A stretch of 64,000 nt of DNA from Amoebidium appalachense (Eukaryota > Protista > Ichthyosporea): positions 10,382,468-10,446,467 of the forward strand of contig CAVNZM010000004.1 in NCBI GenBank assembly GCA_963693365.1, given 5' to 3'. Positions 44,393-62,236 of the stretch are shown piece after piece; position 1 is the first letter of the stretch; every line of letters starts with the position of its first letter. The notes below the pieces were generated by a model. That model was not told the DNA's origin and ran no database searches. It saw only the letters and a list, made by a program, of their open reading frames with translations. Made by a program: the position numbers and the translations under genes.

Positions 44393-45201
44393 AGACAGGC
44401 ATGTGTCTCTCCGCCAGAAAGTGCACCGGGGTAATGAAGTCTAGATATGCTAATGGATAATGTGTGGATATACTTATGGATAATTTTTATCGGCAGGTGC
44501 GGAATTTGTGCACAATTCATGGAATTTCATGCTCAACGAATATCTCCCAATGCTCAAGGATGAGCCCGATGCGACCATGGTCATGGAGCTGATGAGCAAC
44601 TTCAGAAGCGTACGTGTGTGTGTGTGTGTGTGTGTGCGTGTGGATGTGGATGTGGATGTGTGCGCACGCCCGCGCTTGGTGTGTGTACGTGTTCATGCAT
44701 GTGTGTGTGCATGATTGATTGTGCGGGTGTGTGTGTTGTGTTGTGTTGTGATGCAGTTGTCGTTCTCTCTTCACCTTTCTTGACAACCCTCACACTCAGT
44801 TCGGCAGTCATGCTCACGCTCGCCCAGTATGGTATGCACGGACATACACCCCTATGCTCACAATAACATACACACACACACAAGTTCAAGCGTACACATG
44901 CACATGTCCACACATTTTGCACGTGTTCTTACATACATTGGTGTCCCTTATCTCTTGGTATTTAGACAAAGACACGCAACGTTGCAGGTGTGGTGATGAA
45001 AACAGCTTTTAGATGTTTCTGAGTATCTTCAACACTCTGCTGATCCCACTGTGGTTTCGTTGAACCCACCTGCCTGTGCCGCACGTGTATGTGTCAATGT
45101 ATCAATCGAGTGTGTTTGTTGCTGACTTTTATGAACCCTCTTTATCTCCCGTTGTGTGATAGACACAACTTGGTCAGCCCAAACACACACACACACACGC
45201 G

Positions 45202-45238
<37 letters not shown>

Positions 45239-45255
45239 CGGGCCACACACCCACA

Positions 45256-45304
<49 letters not shown>

Positions 45305-45549
45305 CTATCGATGCTGCCGGCCCCAACAGCTGCACACCGGAGCAGCAGGTGCGCTTTGCTGACGCTTTCATCGAACAGTTGAGCCTGGCTGATCAGCGCA
45401 TCAACGAGAGACACGGTGTGCGTGTGTGCATGTGTGTGTGTGTGTGTGTGTTTTGTTTTGGGGGGAAGGAGAGGGGGGGCAGGTGTGCGGTGGGCATGAC
45501 ATTGTGGGCGAGCATGTTTCCAGTGGGGGTGGGGGGGGGAGCTAGGCGC

Positions 45550-45580
<31 letters not shown>

Positions 45581-45689
45581 GTGTGCATGTGACGGGGGTG
45601 GGGGGTGGGGGGGTGGCATGGAGCTGGCAGATGTGACATATTCTCACCCATCCTCAATGCTTTTCAAGCCTTCCCCCCCCCCTCCCCCC

Positions 45690-45737
<48 letters not shown>

Positions 45738-45956
45738 TTCAAAACATCCATGCCCATTCAAGGACACCTACACAAACACCTACACGCACACATACACACA
45801 CATCTACAACGTCATCTACACATATACGCCCACACACGCTTACACACACACACACCCTCACATACACACACACACCTAGCCCTCTCCTTCCCTTTCCCCC
45901 CCCCCCCCCAACCCCACCCCTTACCCACCCACCCCACCCCACCCCCCCACCCCTCC

Positions 45957-45988
<32 letters not shown>

Positions 45989-46328
45989 TTCTCCCACGCA
46001 CACAAACACACATACACATACAGATCAACGCAAAGACCACGAAGAATACGACGATGAAATGGAGGAGGGACTCGAAGAGGCCGATGTGACTGATGAGCTG
46101 ATTGTGAAGGAGATTGCTGAGGCCGTGCACTCTCTATTTGTGACTCACAAGGCTAATCTCATGCCGCTGTTTGAGAGAATGCTCCCCGCACTGAACAAGA
46201 TGCTAGTGGGTGTTTTGACCCTATTCTCCCTGCCCTCTTATATGTCTGTTTGTTTTTCTATCCGATGTTCTCATGCTTGTCTCCCTTTCTCTGTCTTTCT
46301 CTCTCCCTCTCCCTCTCTCCCCCTTTTC

Positions 46329-46364
<36 letters not shown>

Positions 46365-46709
46365 TTCCACACCCTCCTCCTCTCTTTTAAGAAAAACAGA
46401 CGTGCTGTCTTCCCCTTAACTATTGCGTGGGTGCGTGAATGGGTGTTTGTGTGTGTTCCCTGGCCCTGCCATTGCCCCTGCCGTTAGCACTATACCTGTT
46501 AGTCTTCATACTTGATTAAGTGATCCTAGCATAGACGTACCTACCATTTTGTATCTTTAACAAGTGCATTAAAGCAATCCGCACACTCACCATGCTCATA
46601 TCCATGCACAGGAGCCTAGCCGACCCTATAACGATCGGCAGTGGGCGCTCTGCATGTTTGATGACTGCATCGAACATGCTGGCCCCGTAGCTTTCAACTA
46701 CCAGGTTTG

Positions 46710-46751
<42 letters not shown>

Positions 46752-46764
46752 ACCATCACCACCA

Positions 46765-46830
<66 letters not shown>

Positions 46831-47181
46831 ACCATCACCACCACCACACACACACACACAAACACACGTACCATCACCACCACCACACACACACACGAAT
46901 GCACGCACGCACCACCACTACCCTTTCTGATGGGAAAAGTTATGACGCTGAAATGCCTGGTTTACACATGTGGAGGTTACGGTTGAGGTTGTGCATGTGT
47001 ACAACGTGTGAGTGTAGACTGCAGGAGGCGGGTGGGTGTTTTTTTCTTTGGGGGGGGGGGGGGGGGGGGGGGGAGGGAGGTTTGGTTCCAGTAAACACAC
47101 AGTTGCATGCACGGTAGGTGCATTTGGGGTTTGTGTACACCACCGGCACTCGTTTATTAAGACAGGCTTCTGACGACCCCC

Positions 47182-47212
<31 letters not shown>

Positions 47213-47325
47213 ACACACACACAAACACCACCACCACCACCACCACCACCACAGCAATATTATCTGCAAGCCATGGTGGAGTACCTCAGAGCCCAAGAGG
47301 CGGTAACTTCCCCCCCTCCCCCCCC

Positions 47326-47364
<39 letters not shown>

Positions 47365-47633
47365 AGGGAGGGAGGGAGGGAGGTAGACGGGAATGAAAGA
47401 AATGGACGGGTAAGAAACAAACAAGTTATAAAGATCAAGTGGTGGATATTTGGAGATGTGAAGCACCAATACAGTAAGCCCAAACATGGCGGGACGGCAT
47501 GGCAATCGAAGGTTGCGGTAGCTGGCACTAACGTCAGCTCTATGCCTGTAAACAAACGTTCTCATCTCTCTCTCTCTCTCTGTCTCTCTCTCTCTCTTTC
47601 TCTTGCCTGTAAACAAACGTTCTCATCTCTCTG

Positions 47634-47680
<47 letters not shown>

Positions 47681-48035
47681 AACCCCCGATCTCTCCCCCT
47701 CCGCTCTCTCTCCCTTTCTCCCCCCTCTCCCCATCTAAACCGCCCTCCTCCCCCCCCCCCCCCCTCCCCCCTCCCCCCCACCCTCCCCCCCAAGCCCCAA
47801 ACCCACACACACGCGCCCCCATGCGCAAACACAAAGCAGTTGTGTTCCCCGTCACACCCTGTGTCCCCTTACTGGTTGTTATTTTGTGTCCTCTATTCTT
47901 CATGTGTTTCGTTCTATCCTCCCCCATCTAACTCCCCTTTTTCCTGTGGGCAGGAGGTGAGGCATGCAGCCGCCTACGGCATTGGTGTTGCTGCCCAGTT
48001 TGGTGGCCCCGCATTCCATCAGGCATGCCAGAGTA

Positions 48036-48073
<38 letters not shown>

Positions 48074-49224
48074 GACGGGTGACCTACTCATGTTCAAGTG
48101 AAACAGTATCTGAGTTGGGTTTCGTTAACGAGGGGAATAGGTCGAAACTCGGGTACTGTGGATGACGTGGGCCCCCCCCTGAGGATGGGCTCTGCTTATT
48201 ATGCATACTCTTTATGTATGGCTTGCATTCTGCATCGTGTTATCCGTTTGTTCTTGTGTACTTCGTACTTTTTGACGCATTCAAACCCCCCCCCCCCCCC
48301 CCCCCCCCCCGAAAAGGGAAAAAAAAAAAAAAAAAAGATGAATTGCGAATGAATCTTCGTTGCTTCCAGGTCTTTTGCCTTCTACTCCATAACCCCCCTT
48401 CTCCATCTTAACACACATGCACACATACACACAAAAACACATCATCGTCGCCTGTACACCAAATAGGCACACCCCATTCACCCACTCCCCATACTCCACG
48501 CACAACCAACCCAGCCTGTAGCACATCCCCCTCTCCTCCTCCCCCCCCCCGTCGAAACTCGGGTACTGTGGATGACGTGGGCCCCCCCTGAGGATGGGCT
48601 CTGCTTATTATGCATACTCTTTATGTATGGCTTGCATTCTGCATCGTGTTATCCGTTTGTTCTTGTGTACTTCGTACTTTTTGACGCATTCAAACCCCCC
48701 CCCCCCCCCCCATTCACCCACTCCCCATACTCCACGCACGACCAACCCAGCCTGTAGCACATCCCCCTCTTATCCCCCGCCCCCTCTCTTCCCAGGATGG
48801 GCTCTGCTTATTACGGATACTCTTTATGTAATTTGCACTCTGCAATATGTTGTCCGTCCTGAATGTGTGCTGTCTCATTTTAACTTCTCCCTCTTCCCCT
48901 CCCCCCTCCCCCCCACCCACCCACCCACCCCCCCCCCCCCCCCCCCCCCCCCTGTCCCCCCTTCACACACACAGCTGCATTCCCCCTTCTTGTTGAGATG
49001 ATCCAGGCGCCGGACAGCCGTGAGGAAGACAATGTGCATGCAACAGAGAATGCAATCAGTGCGGTGGGCAAGATGTGCCAGTTTGTGCCGGCCATGGACA
49101 GCGTATTGCCCCAGTGGCTCAGCTGGCTGCCCATTGTGAACGACACGGAGGAGTCGGTGCAGTGCAATACCCTGCTGTGCAACCTGATCGAGAGGTGCTT
49201 GCATGCTGGTTTTAGCTGATCCTT

Positions 49225-49260
<36 letters not shown>

Positions 49261-49486
49261 ATGCTGGTTTTAGCTGATCCTTACCCCCCCCCCCCCCCCC
49301 CCCCCCCCCCCACCACCACCCCACCCCCTTCCCACTCCCCCTCTCCTCTTCTTCTTTCCTTCGTTTTCCGTGCCCGGGGGGGGGGGGGGGGGGGGGGGGG
49401 GGGAAGCCAAAAGGCAACAACCATAACCAGCTTTGTACTGAAACCTCGCCATTGTCCTCCTCCCCCAATCACCCGATCCACATCTT

Positions 49487-49517
<31 letters not shown>

Positions 49518-50528
49518 ACGTTCCCCACCGGATTGCTGAACAGATAGACACGCACACGGACACACCCACAGAAATCCCCCCCCCCCCCCCCCCTTTCCCA
49601 CCTACCCACCCACCCGACCCCACCCCACTCCACCCACATGCACACACACACACACAATCCACTCCAATCGCAATCTACAGTGCTTACACTGAAAACGGCC
49701 TCCACTCAAAACAAAGTCTTTGCAATCGTGTGATTCGATCTAATAATTAAAGTTTGCTTTGGTCAGATTTCCGGGCGTATTGCCAGGAGTAAATTCAGGC
49801 TGCCATCCAATGGTATCGCAAATTCTGCCTGGTTTTGATTGGAGGCTGTTGTCAGTGCAAGCAGTGTAGTGCATTGTTGTAGGTTGTGAACATGAATTTC
49901 ACACTCTATAGCACATTCTAACCCCCCCCCCCCCCCCCCCCCCCCTTCTTCCCCCCTCTCTAGCAACAATGCGCTTGTAGTTCGGCCCGAGCACATGCAA
50001 CACATCGGCAAGGTGCTTGCGACTGTTGTGGCCACAGACCTGGTGAAAGATGAGCATGACCTCAACGGCAGGGTGGTTAGGCTGCTACACCAGGTGGGTG
50101 TGCATGCGTGTGTTTGTGTGTTTGTGTGTTTGTGTGTGTGTGTGTGCTCCCCGACGGGGTGGGGGGGGTTGGGGGGGGGGGGTTAAGGGGCGTGGGAGGG
50201 GGGATGTAGGTAGGTATATATAGAATGTTGTCGGTTGGAGGGATGTTTTGTGGTGGTGGATGACTTTGCACGCGCCTGTGTGTGTGTGTGTGTGTGTGTG
50301 TGGATGGATGGTGGGGGGAGGGGGGGGGGGGGGGGGTCGAGATGTTCTTGGTTCTAACATCTTCGTTTCCCCCCCCTCCCCCCTCCCCCCCCCCCCCCCC
50401 CCTTTTTTTTTTTTTTTTTTTTTTCCTTTTCTTTTTCTTTTTTGCAGTTGGCTACGCACAGCCCTGACTCCCTCAACAGCTTGGATGACACACTGAAGCA
50501 AAAACTGCACCAGGTGCTGGCGGCATAG
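33075..50528 (+). CDS. IPO5: Importin-5 (karyopherin beta-3 / RanBP5 / Pse1-Kap121), 24 coding exons
   Basis: Exons 33075-33233, 34252-34329, 35396-35513, 35937-36142, 36573-36674, 37317-37436, 37992-38165, 38668-38764, 39473-39606, 40159-40320, 41001-41289, 41684-41814, 42417-42549, 43094-43312, 43701-43766, 44497-44609, 45304-45415, 46024-46205, 46612-46704, 47255-47302, 47954-48032, 48975-49194, 49964-50093, 50448-50528. Motifs [69 protein letters not shown]. Confidence 0.96.
34745..34917 (+). mobile_element. Subfamily variant of the poly(C)-tailed repeat
   Basis: GTCGAAACTC...CCCTGAGGATGGGCTCTGCTTAT...GTACTTCGTACTGTGTTCCGCATTCAAA then a C-run. The same variant 3' end occurs at ~17950-18020 and ~20918-21015. 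An upstream family segment lies at ~35086-35170. Confidence 0.7.
37072..37163 (+). ncRNA. Intronic box C/D snoRNA, copy 1
   Basis: Terminal stem GGCAGGTG/CACCTGTC; C box GTGATGA; D' CTGA; C' TGCTGA; D box TTGA preceded by CTGTGGTTTCG, antisense to the conserved LSU rRNA segment CGAAACCACAG. Confidence 0.75.
37662..37753 (+). ncRNA. Intronic box C/D snoRNA, copy 2
   Basis: Same architecture as copy 1, perfect 8-bp terminal stem GGCAGGTG/CACCTGCC. Lies in the next IPO5 intron, sense orientation. Confidence 0.75.
39282..39479 (+). repeat. 27-bp tandem repeat (~7 units) made of the IPO5 exon-9 splice acceptor
   Basis: Unit AGGCAACTAAATATATGCTTCCATAAT. The last AG (39471-39472) is the functional acceptor. 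Confidence 0.9.
42588..42659 (+). mobile_element. Short 5'-truncated copy of the poly(C)-tailed repeat
   Basis: Matches the last ~70 nt of 48072-48285. C-runs on both sides. Confidence 0.8.
43313..43700 (+). other. U12-type (minor spliceosome) AT-AC intron in IPO5
   Basis: 5' end ATATCC, branch site TCCTTGAC (43684-43691), 3' end AC. Removal restores the conserved FYFHD-G-VR. Confidence 0.9.
44984..45073 (+). ncRNA. Intronic box C/D snoRNA, copy 3
   Basis: Essentially identical to copy 2, including ~40 nt of 3' flank. Different IPO5 intron, sense orientation. Confidence 0.75.
48072..48285 (+). mobile_element. 5'-truncated copy of the poly(C)-tailed repeat
   Basis: High identity to 2271-2482. 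Long C-runs immediately on both sides. Confidence 0.85.
48551..48694 (+). mobile_element. 5'-truncated copy of the poly(C)-tailed repeat flanked by a 63-bp direct duplication
   Basis: Same 3' end ...GACGCATTCAAA(C)n. 48472-48534 is repeated at 48708-48770 with one mismatch. Confidence 0.85.
49676..49868. mobile_element. TA-flanked MITE (~190 bp), Tc1/mariner-like ends
   Basis: TACAGTGCTTACACTGAAAACGGCCTCCA versus TGGAGGCTGTTGTCAGTGCAAGCAGTGTA (reverse complement, ~4 mismatches). Confidence 0.7.
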
Positions 50529-50789
50529 GTTATCTACTGGTTATCTCAGTATATATGTTATCTCAGTATATATAAGTACTTGAGGCCTAGGTTATTCATA
50601 GAATATTTCGGTATTATGGCTGCTATAGGTGCACTGCATGTACATTAGTCGAGTATGAGTATGCTAACCACAATTTTCACCGACAGTGTTTAATTCATGG
50701 GCTATCTAATGCCCCTTTCGGTTTCTTGAGATCTTTGCTGTTGACTGGTTTTTTTTGTTTGTTTCTATAACTATATTTATATTGTTTCC

Positions 50790-50824
<35 letters not shown>

Positions 50825-51075
50825 GGGGGGGGGGGGGGGGGTTAAAGTTAGAGCCACCATCAGGGATTGTATCCCAGAGATATTTTGCAGGGTGTACTCA
50901 TGTTGATGTCGATGTGTGGCAACATGAAATTGCAGCAGTCTATCCACCGTATATCTAAAGCCACGTGTGGTGGGTGCTGCGTGTGCTCATACATCAATCA
51001 TTTCTCTAACTCTTTTTTTTGCTTTTTTTTTTTTTTGCTGGGGCGGGGAGAGGTATTAAAAATGGTGGTGGTGGT

Positions 51076-51106
<31 letters not shown>

Positions 51107-52532
51107 TTCCCCATTTTGATTGTTGCATTTAAAATTTCATGACATGCAGACCGGTTTGGTTTGTTTTCAAATATGTGGGCAGGCCCGGTGCCTGTTTGAT
51201 GAATACAGGCATAACATGACGTTAACAAATTTTCGTGAGAGTACAGAACACGGTTGACCCCCCCCCCCCCCCCCCCCCCTCTACTACTACTACTACTACT
51301 CCTTCCCTCCGAGCTCTTCGAATTCCCCTCTGGTGCACCACCACGCATGTACAAGCCTACGCAAAAACACACATCACACGTCATGTACATGTGTACAAGG
51401 TCATGTGCTGGCAGTACTCGCTAGTATACGTATGCCAACAACCAACCCAAGTCGGCCACACACACAACACACTGTCACCAATATACCCTTCAAATTCCAA
51501 CATCCACTGCCAGTTTTTATTCCGCAGCTTAGGTACCCCAGGCTAAAACACAATGTACTCCGTCACATGGCATCACCCGCTAAGACAGGCGTGAATGGAA
51601 TGTAGTAGGCCCATCTAGAACTATCCAACCTGTTCTCGCAATATGGTGCAACAGGTGCCCCATTATTGAAATCGTAGATACATGTATATACACTGACCAC
51701 ACCCCCACGCTGTCTGCCCGGCAATGTCATAGTGCACGGCATGATACACCTGCTTGCACTGCCATGTGTTATGTTCCTTAGGCAACACCGTACTGATCAT
51801 TATCGCTTTTTGGGAGCTTTGGCAGGATACATTTCTCCTCCTGTACGTATGAATACCACCCTAGTAGATAAGTCTGTATGGTGCTCTGATGTTGATATTG
51901 CCTGGGCAGTTGTGCAGTGGCGCTGTAATTCTTGTTTTCATCGCCGCTGGTGCCACTTTTGTGCTGAACTTTTTAATCGCAAGCATGTTGATAGGTGTGG
52001 GTTTTTATGTCGCGTTTTACCTCTTTCCCTATGGGTGTCTGCTACACTAGCTGGCAATGTGAACACTTTAGACTTTTTGTTGAATTCTGTTGGTCGTCAC
52101 ATTGAGTATTTATATGATTTTCACACAGTGTTCAGGTATCTCAGTATGCACTTGTTACTGGATAACTCGTGAAGTTTTTATTGTCTTCTCAGTATGCCGT
52201 GCATACTTGCATATCTTTCCGTCGAATAAATCCAGTCAAAGAAAAAAAAAAATTTACCAACTTCTATCACGTGTGTATCTACAAATGTTGATATCTTGGT
52301 GTGGATTGAGCTGGCGGATGGGGTACCCGTACACGTGCTAAATTGCCCTGAACGAAAGTTCCCCGGGTCGCGACATTCGGGATATCCTGTAAATTGCACG
52401 CCACTGCATTTTTTTAATATTTTTTTTATAATGACTTTATTGATATGCTCAGCAAAATAGAAGGCATCGAGATATCACCGATATCTCCATCGAGATATCA
52501 CCGATATCTCGGAGAAGAAAATATAAAAGCCC

Positions 52533-52911
52533 TCACTCTCGGATACGGAGGAGATAACGACTTAAATAATCATACACCCTAGAAAACTCGTTTTCGCTTT
52601 CGGTTACTTCTCTCTGACCGTTCGTAGTGTCAATTTTCACAGTCAGTTGTCCAACGACTATCTCTGTAATTGTAACGGTACCTGCAGGGTTGCTCTGGCC
52701 GTACAAACCGCAAAAATCTATTGGTTGGCACGTCTTCCCGTCGCCGGTGAATCCGGAAGAACACGTGCAGGTGTAAGAGCCAATCGTATTGGTGCACGTG
52801 GCTTGAGCGGCGCACACGTGTATGTTGCTAGAACATTCGTTCACATCTTCACACTGCCCGTGTGTGTTGCCATAGAAGCCGGTGTTGCAGTCACACACCT
52901 CGGCTTGGTCA
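52533..52911 (-). CDS. Exon encoding a calcium-binding EGF-like domain (orphan or partial gene)
   Basis: Acceptor TTTCATGCAG then DQAEVCDCNTGFYGNTHGQCEDVNECSSNIHVCAAQATCTNTIGSYTCTCSSGFTGDGKTC, matching the cbEGF consensus. No upstream exon identified. Confidence 0.7.
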
Positions 52912-53770
52912 CTGCATGAAATTGGGTTTATGAACAGCGTTAGATAAAGACTTAGTACAGCGTGGGCATTTGTGTGCATGTGTTTGTGTGTGCGCGTGTT
53001 TGTGTGTGTGCACGTGTGCACGCGTGCCTGTGCGTGTGTTTGTGAAGTTGTGCTTATTTCTAGTGCTATGTCCTCGGTAGGTGTTAGCTATGTGCGAATG
53101 CAGTGCGTGCGTTTGAGTATGAGCGTGGATGTGTGCGTGCGTGTGCGTACACGTCTGCACAATACATGCACATGCATCACGTGAGCATGTAGGCATTTGA
53201 GCTTTCTTGTGTCACTGACAGACACTCTGTGTGTGCTTGTTACCATCACTGCAAACCGTGTGTGTGTGTTGGTATGTAGATCGCTTTTTTGTGTGTGTGT
53301 GGTACATAGCGACGTTAAGAAGGCAAGAGTGCATGAGCAAGCATAGAAACGGCGGCGGAGGGTTGTTAGGAGCACTAAGTCATATTTCATCAGAAAGACA
53401 GGTTTGCTGTTTCTTTCCTCGGTTGTGGTGATTGTTTACTTAGTGCAGGATTGAGGGGCGGGGAGAGGGGAGAGGGAAAGAATGACGTGAGGAAAGGGCC
53501 GGGGAGGAGGGCAGGGGGGGGGAGAGAGAGAGAGAGAGAGTTTGAGATAGAGAGAGATAGAGAGAGAAGAGAGAGAAGAGAGAGAGAGTGCTTCGGGAGA
53601 GAGGGGGGGGGGGGAGGGGGGGGGGGGGGGGGGGGAGAGAGAGAGAGAGACAGAGAGAGAGAGAAGAAAGGGAGAGATTCTCGGAGGGAGAGGTGGGAGA
53701 GAGAGAGAGAGAGAGATCGAGAAGCGAGGGGGGGGGGGGGGGAGAGAGAGAGAGGGGCGGGAGGGGGGGG

Positions 53771-53813
<43 letters not shown>

Positions 53814-54014
53814 GGAGCCTCGGGAGGGAGGTAGGGAGGGAGGGAGGGAGGGAGAGAGGGGGGGATGGAGGCCCAGGGGTAGGGTGGGGTGTATGTGTGT
53901 GACAGGGGAGGGCAAGGAGGGGGTGGGGGGAGGGGGAAGGGGGGGGGGGGGGGGGGGGGGGAGTGTGTGTGTGTGTGTGTAAGAGGGAGAGAGAGAGGGG
54001 GGGAGGGGGGGGGG

Positions 54015-54058
<44 letters not shown>

Positions 54059-54139
54059 GAGGGAGGGAGGGAGGGAGGGAGGGGAGCTCGAGAGAGAGAG
54101 AGAGAAAGAGTGGGGAGAGCCTGAGAGAGACTCTATAGA

Positions 54140-54420
54140 GGAGAATATATTCTGCTTTAAGTTTTGCAAAGCATAATTATTCTGCTCAAGGCAGCAGATT
54201 CTATGAGCTTGCTCATTGATTACAAGCCAAATTACTCGGCTTTCTGCAGAATCACTCTGCTTTTTGCAGAATAACTCTGAGTTTGAATAATTGTCTTTGC
54301 ACCTATTCTAGCTGCCACTGCTGAATACTTCTGTTTTTAAAATTTGCTGATTATTCTGCTTTTTGCAAAATTTCAAGCTGGCATAGTTCAGCTTGCAGCA
54401 AATTGATTCTGCTGATGTGC
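54140..54420. repeat. Cluster of GCAGAATA/TATTCTGC motifs, probable degenerate MITE
   Basis: Recurrent ATTCTGCT and TGCAGAAT in both orientations within ~280 bp. Confidence 0.45.
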
Positions 54421-54820
54421 AACTTAAACCATTCTAGAAGACCTCCACCCCCCCCCCCCCCCCCTGCCCCCCACCCACCCACCCACCCACAACAGACACA
54501 TTTATGTTGAAAATTGTGTTAGTACATACTTGATCATCACATGTACATTGTCCCCCTCCCCCCCCCCCCCCCCCCCCCTTCCCCCCTCTCAGTCTGGGTT
54601 CTCCCCCCCCCCCCCCCCCCTCTCCCCTCCCCCCCCCCCCCCTTCCCCCCTCTCAGTCTGGGTCCTCCCCCCCCCCCTCCCCCCCCTCTCCCCCCCCCCC
54701 CCCCCCCCCCACCCACCCACCCACCCAGTGGCACCCACCCACCTACTCTTCACCCTTGGGCCACTCCCCCGGTTTCGGACTGCCAAAACTTTGAGATAAC
54801 GGTACCCTCTCTCTCTCTCT

Positions 54821-54875
<55 letters not shown>

Positions 54876-56009
54876 CCTCTCTCCCTCTCTCCCTCTTTCT
54901 CTCTATCTCTCTCTCTCCCCCCCCCCCCCCCCTCTCTCGCCCTCTCCCTCCCCCTCCCCTCCCCCCCCCCCCCCCCCCCCCCCCCCCCGTAGCTTTTAAA
55001 GGCCTTTTAAGGGTTAAACTTTAGAGGCAAGAAAGATGGGATGCCTGATTTAAGAGTGCTTTGCTTAGGCGAGATATCATTTTGATTCGTAATAACCAAC
55101 TAGCTGCAGTGCTCTGTTCATCTAGTCATTGTGTGAAACCCAAAGCACAGTGAGGAAAGGGGCGGTGAACGGTTGACTTAGTGGCCTCAGTGCACGTGAC
55201 ACGTGCATTTCAACACAAATCAATTTTTGTAGTAGGTACGGTATAAGTAGTTCCACAAACAGTCACGTAGGTTATAACTTCATTGCACACATGTACACAC
55301 CGTGTGGCACACATGCGTTGCCACACGTTTATGTACCGGCACACACATATACGTTGAGCATAATTTAACACCGTGCACACAGTCACTGTTATTTACACAC
55401 ACACATACACAGATACACTATGATAAACACGCACGTGCACACACACCTTGAACCACACTACAGACACAGGCACATGCGTGTAGCCACACGCAGACATACG
55501 GACATATGTGCAGATACACGAACACACGTGTCGTGATCACTGCCATGGCAAACTGTGACACCTGTACACTTGCACGGAACCTTGTTTTCCTGGTTAATTG
55601 CGAATCGGGCTCCTCTCATTTCGGAAAAGCCTGCCAATAGCTTTATTGGGATTTCTATAACAGAAAATGTCAAAACACGGAGAATCAAACACACATCACA
55701 CATCACTTCTACAACGATTCCAAAGAACAGTTATATATCCAGCTTCAATTGAATCACTTACTGCGGTATTGTATTCTTGCCTAGCCAACACAGACACGTA
55801 TTATACCTAGCTTGGGCGTCATTCACCACAAGATTCCATAGAGACACGTATATCTACTTTTACTTTTAATCTCTAGACTCAAGACGATTCAAATTTTACT
55901 TCGCGCGGCTATCTACCTATAGAATTACTCTCATACAACAAGTCCTGCCAATACAACATCATATATCCACACATTATTACTGCTGATCCGTCTAAACAAC
56001 CAAGAAGGT

Positions 56010-56163
<154 letters not shown>

Positions 56164-56289
56164 TTGTGTTTTTTTTGTTTTTTTTTTTTTTTTTTTTTTT
56201 TTTTGGGGGGGGGGGGGAGCAAGAAAGAAAGAGAGCAAGAGAGGTAGAGATGAGAAAAATTGAGAGATTCCAAGCGTAAGGAGAAATGG

Positions 56290-56322
<33 letters not shown>

Positions 56323-56333
56323 TGAGCACAACA

Positions 56334-62236
<5,903 letters not shown>

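Noticed and set aside
51732-52172. 146-aa plus-strand ORF
   Set aside because: No recognisable motif or splice context; likely chance or decayed TE sequence.
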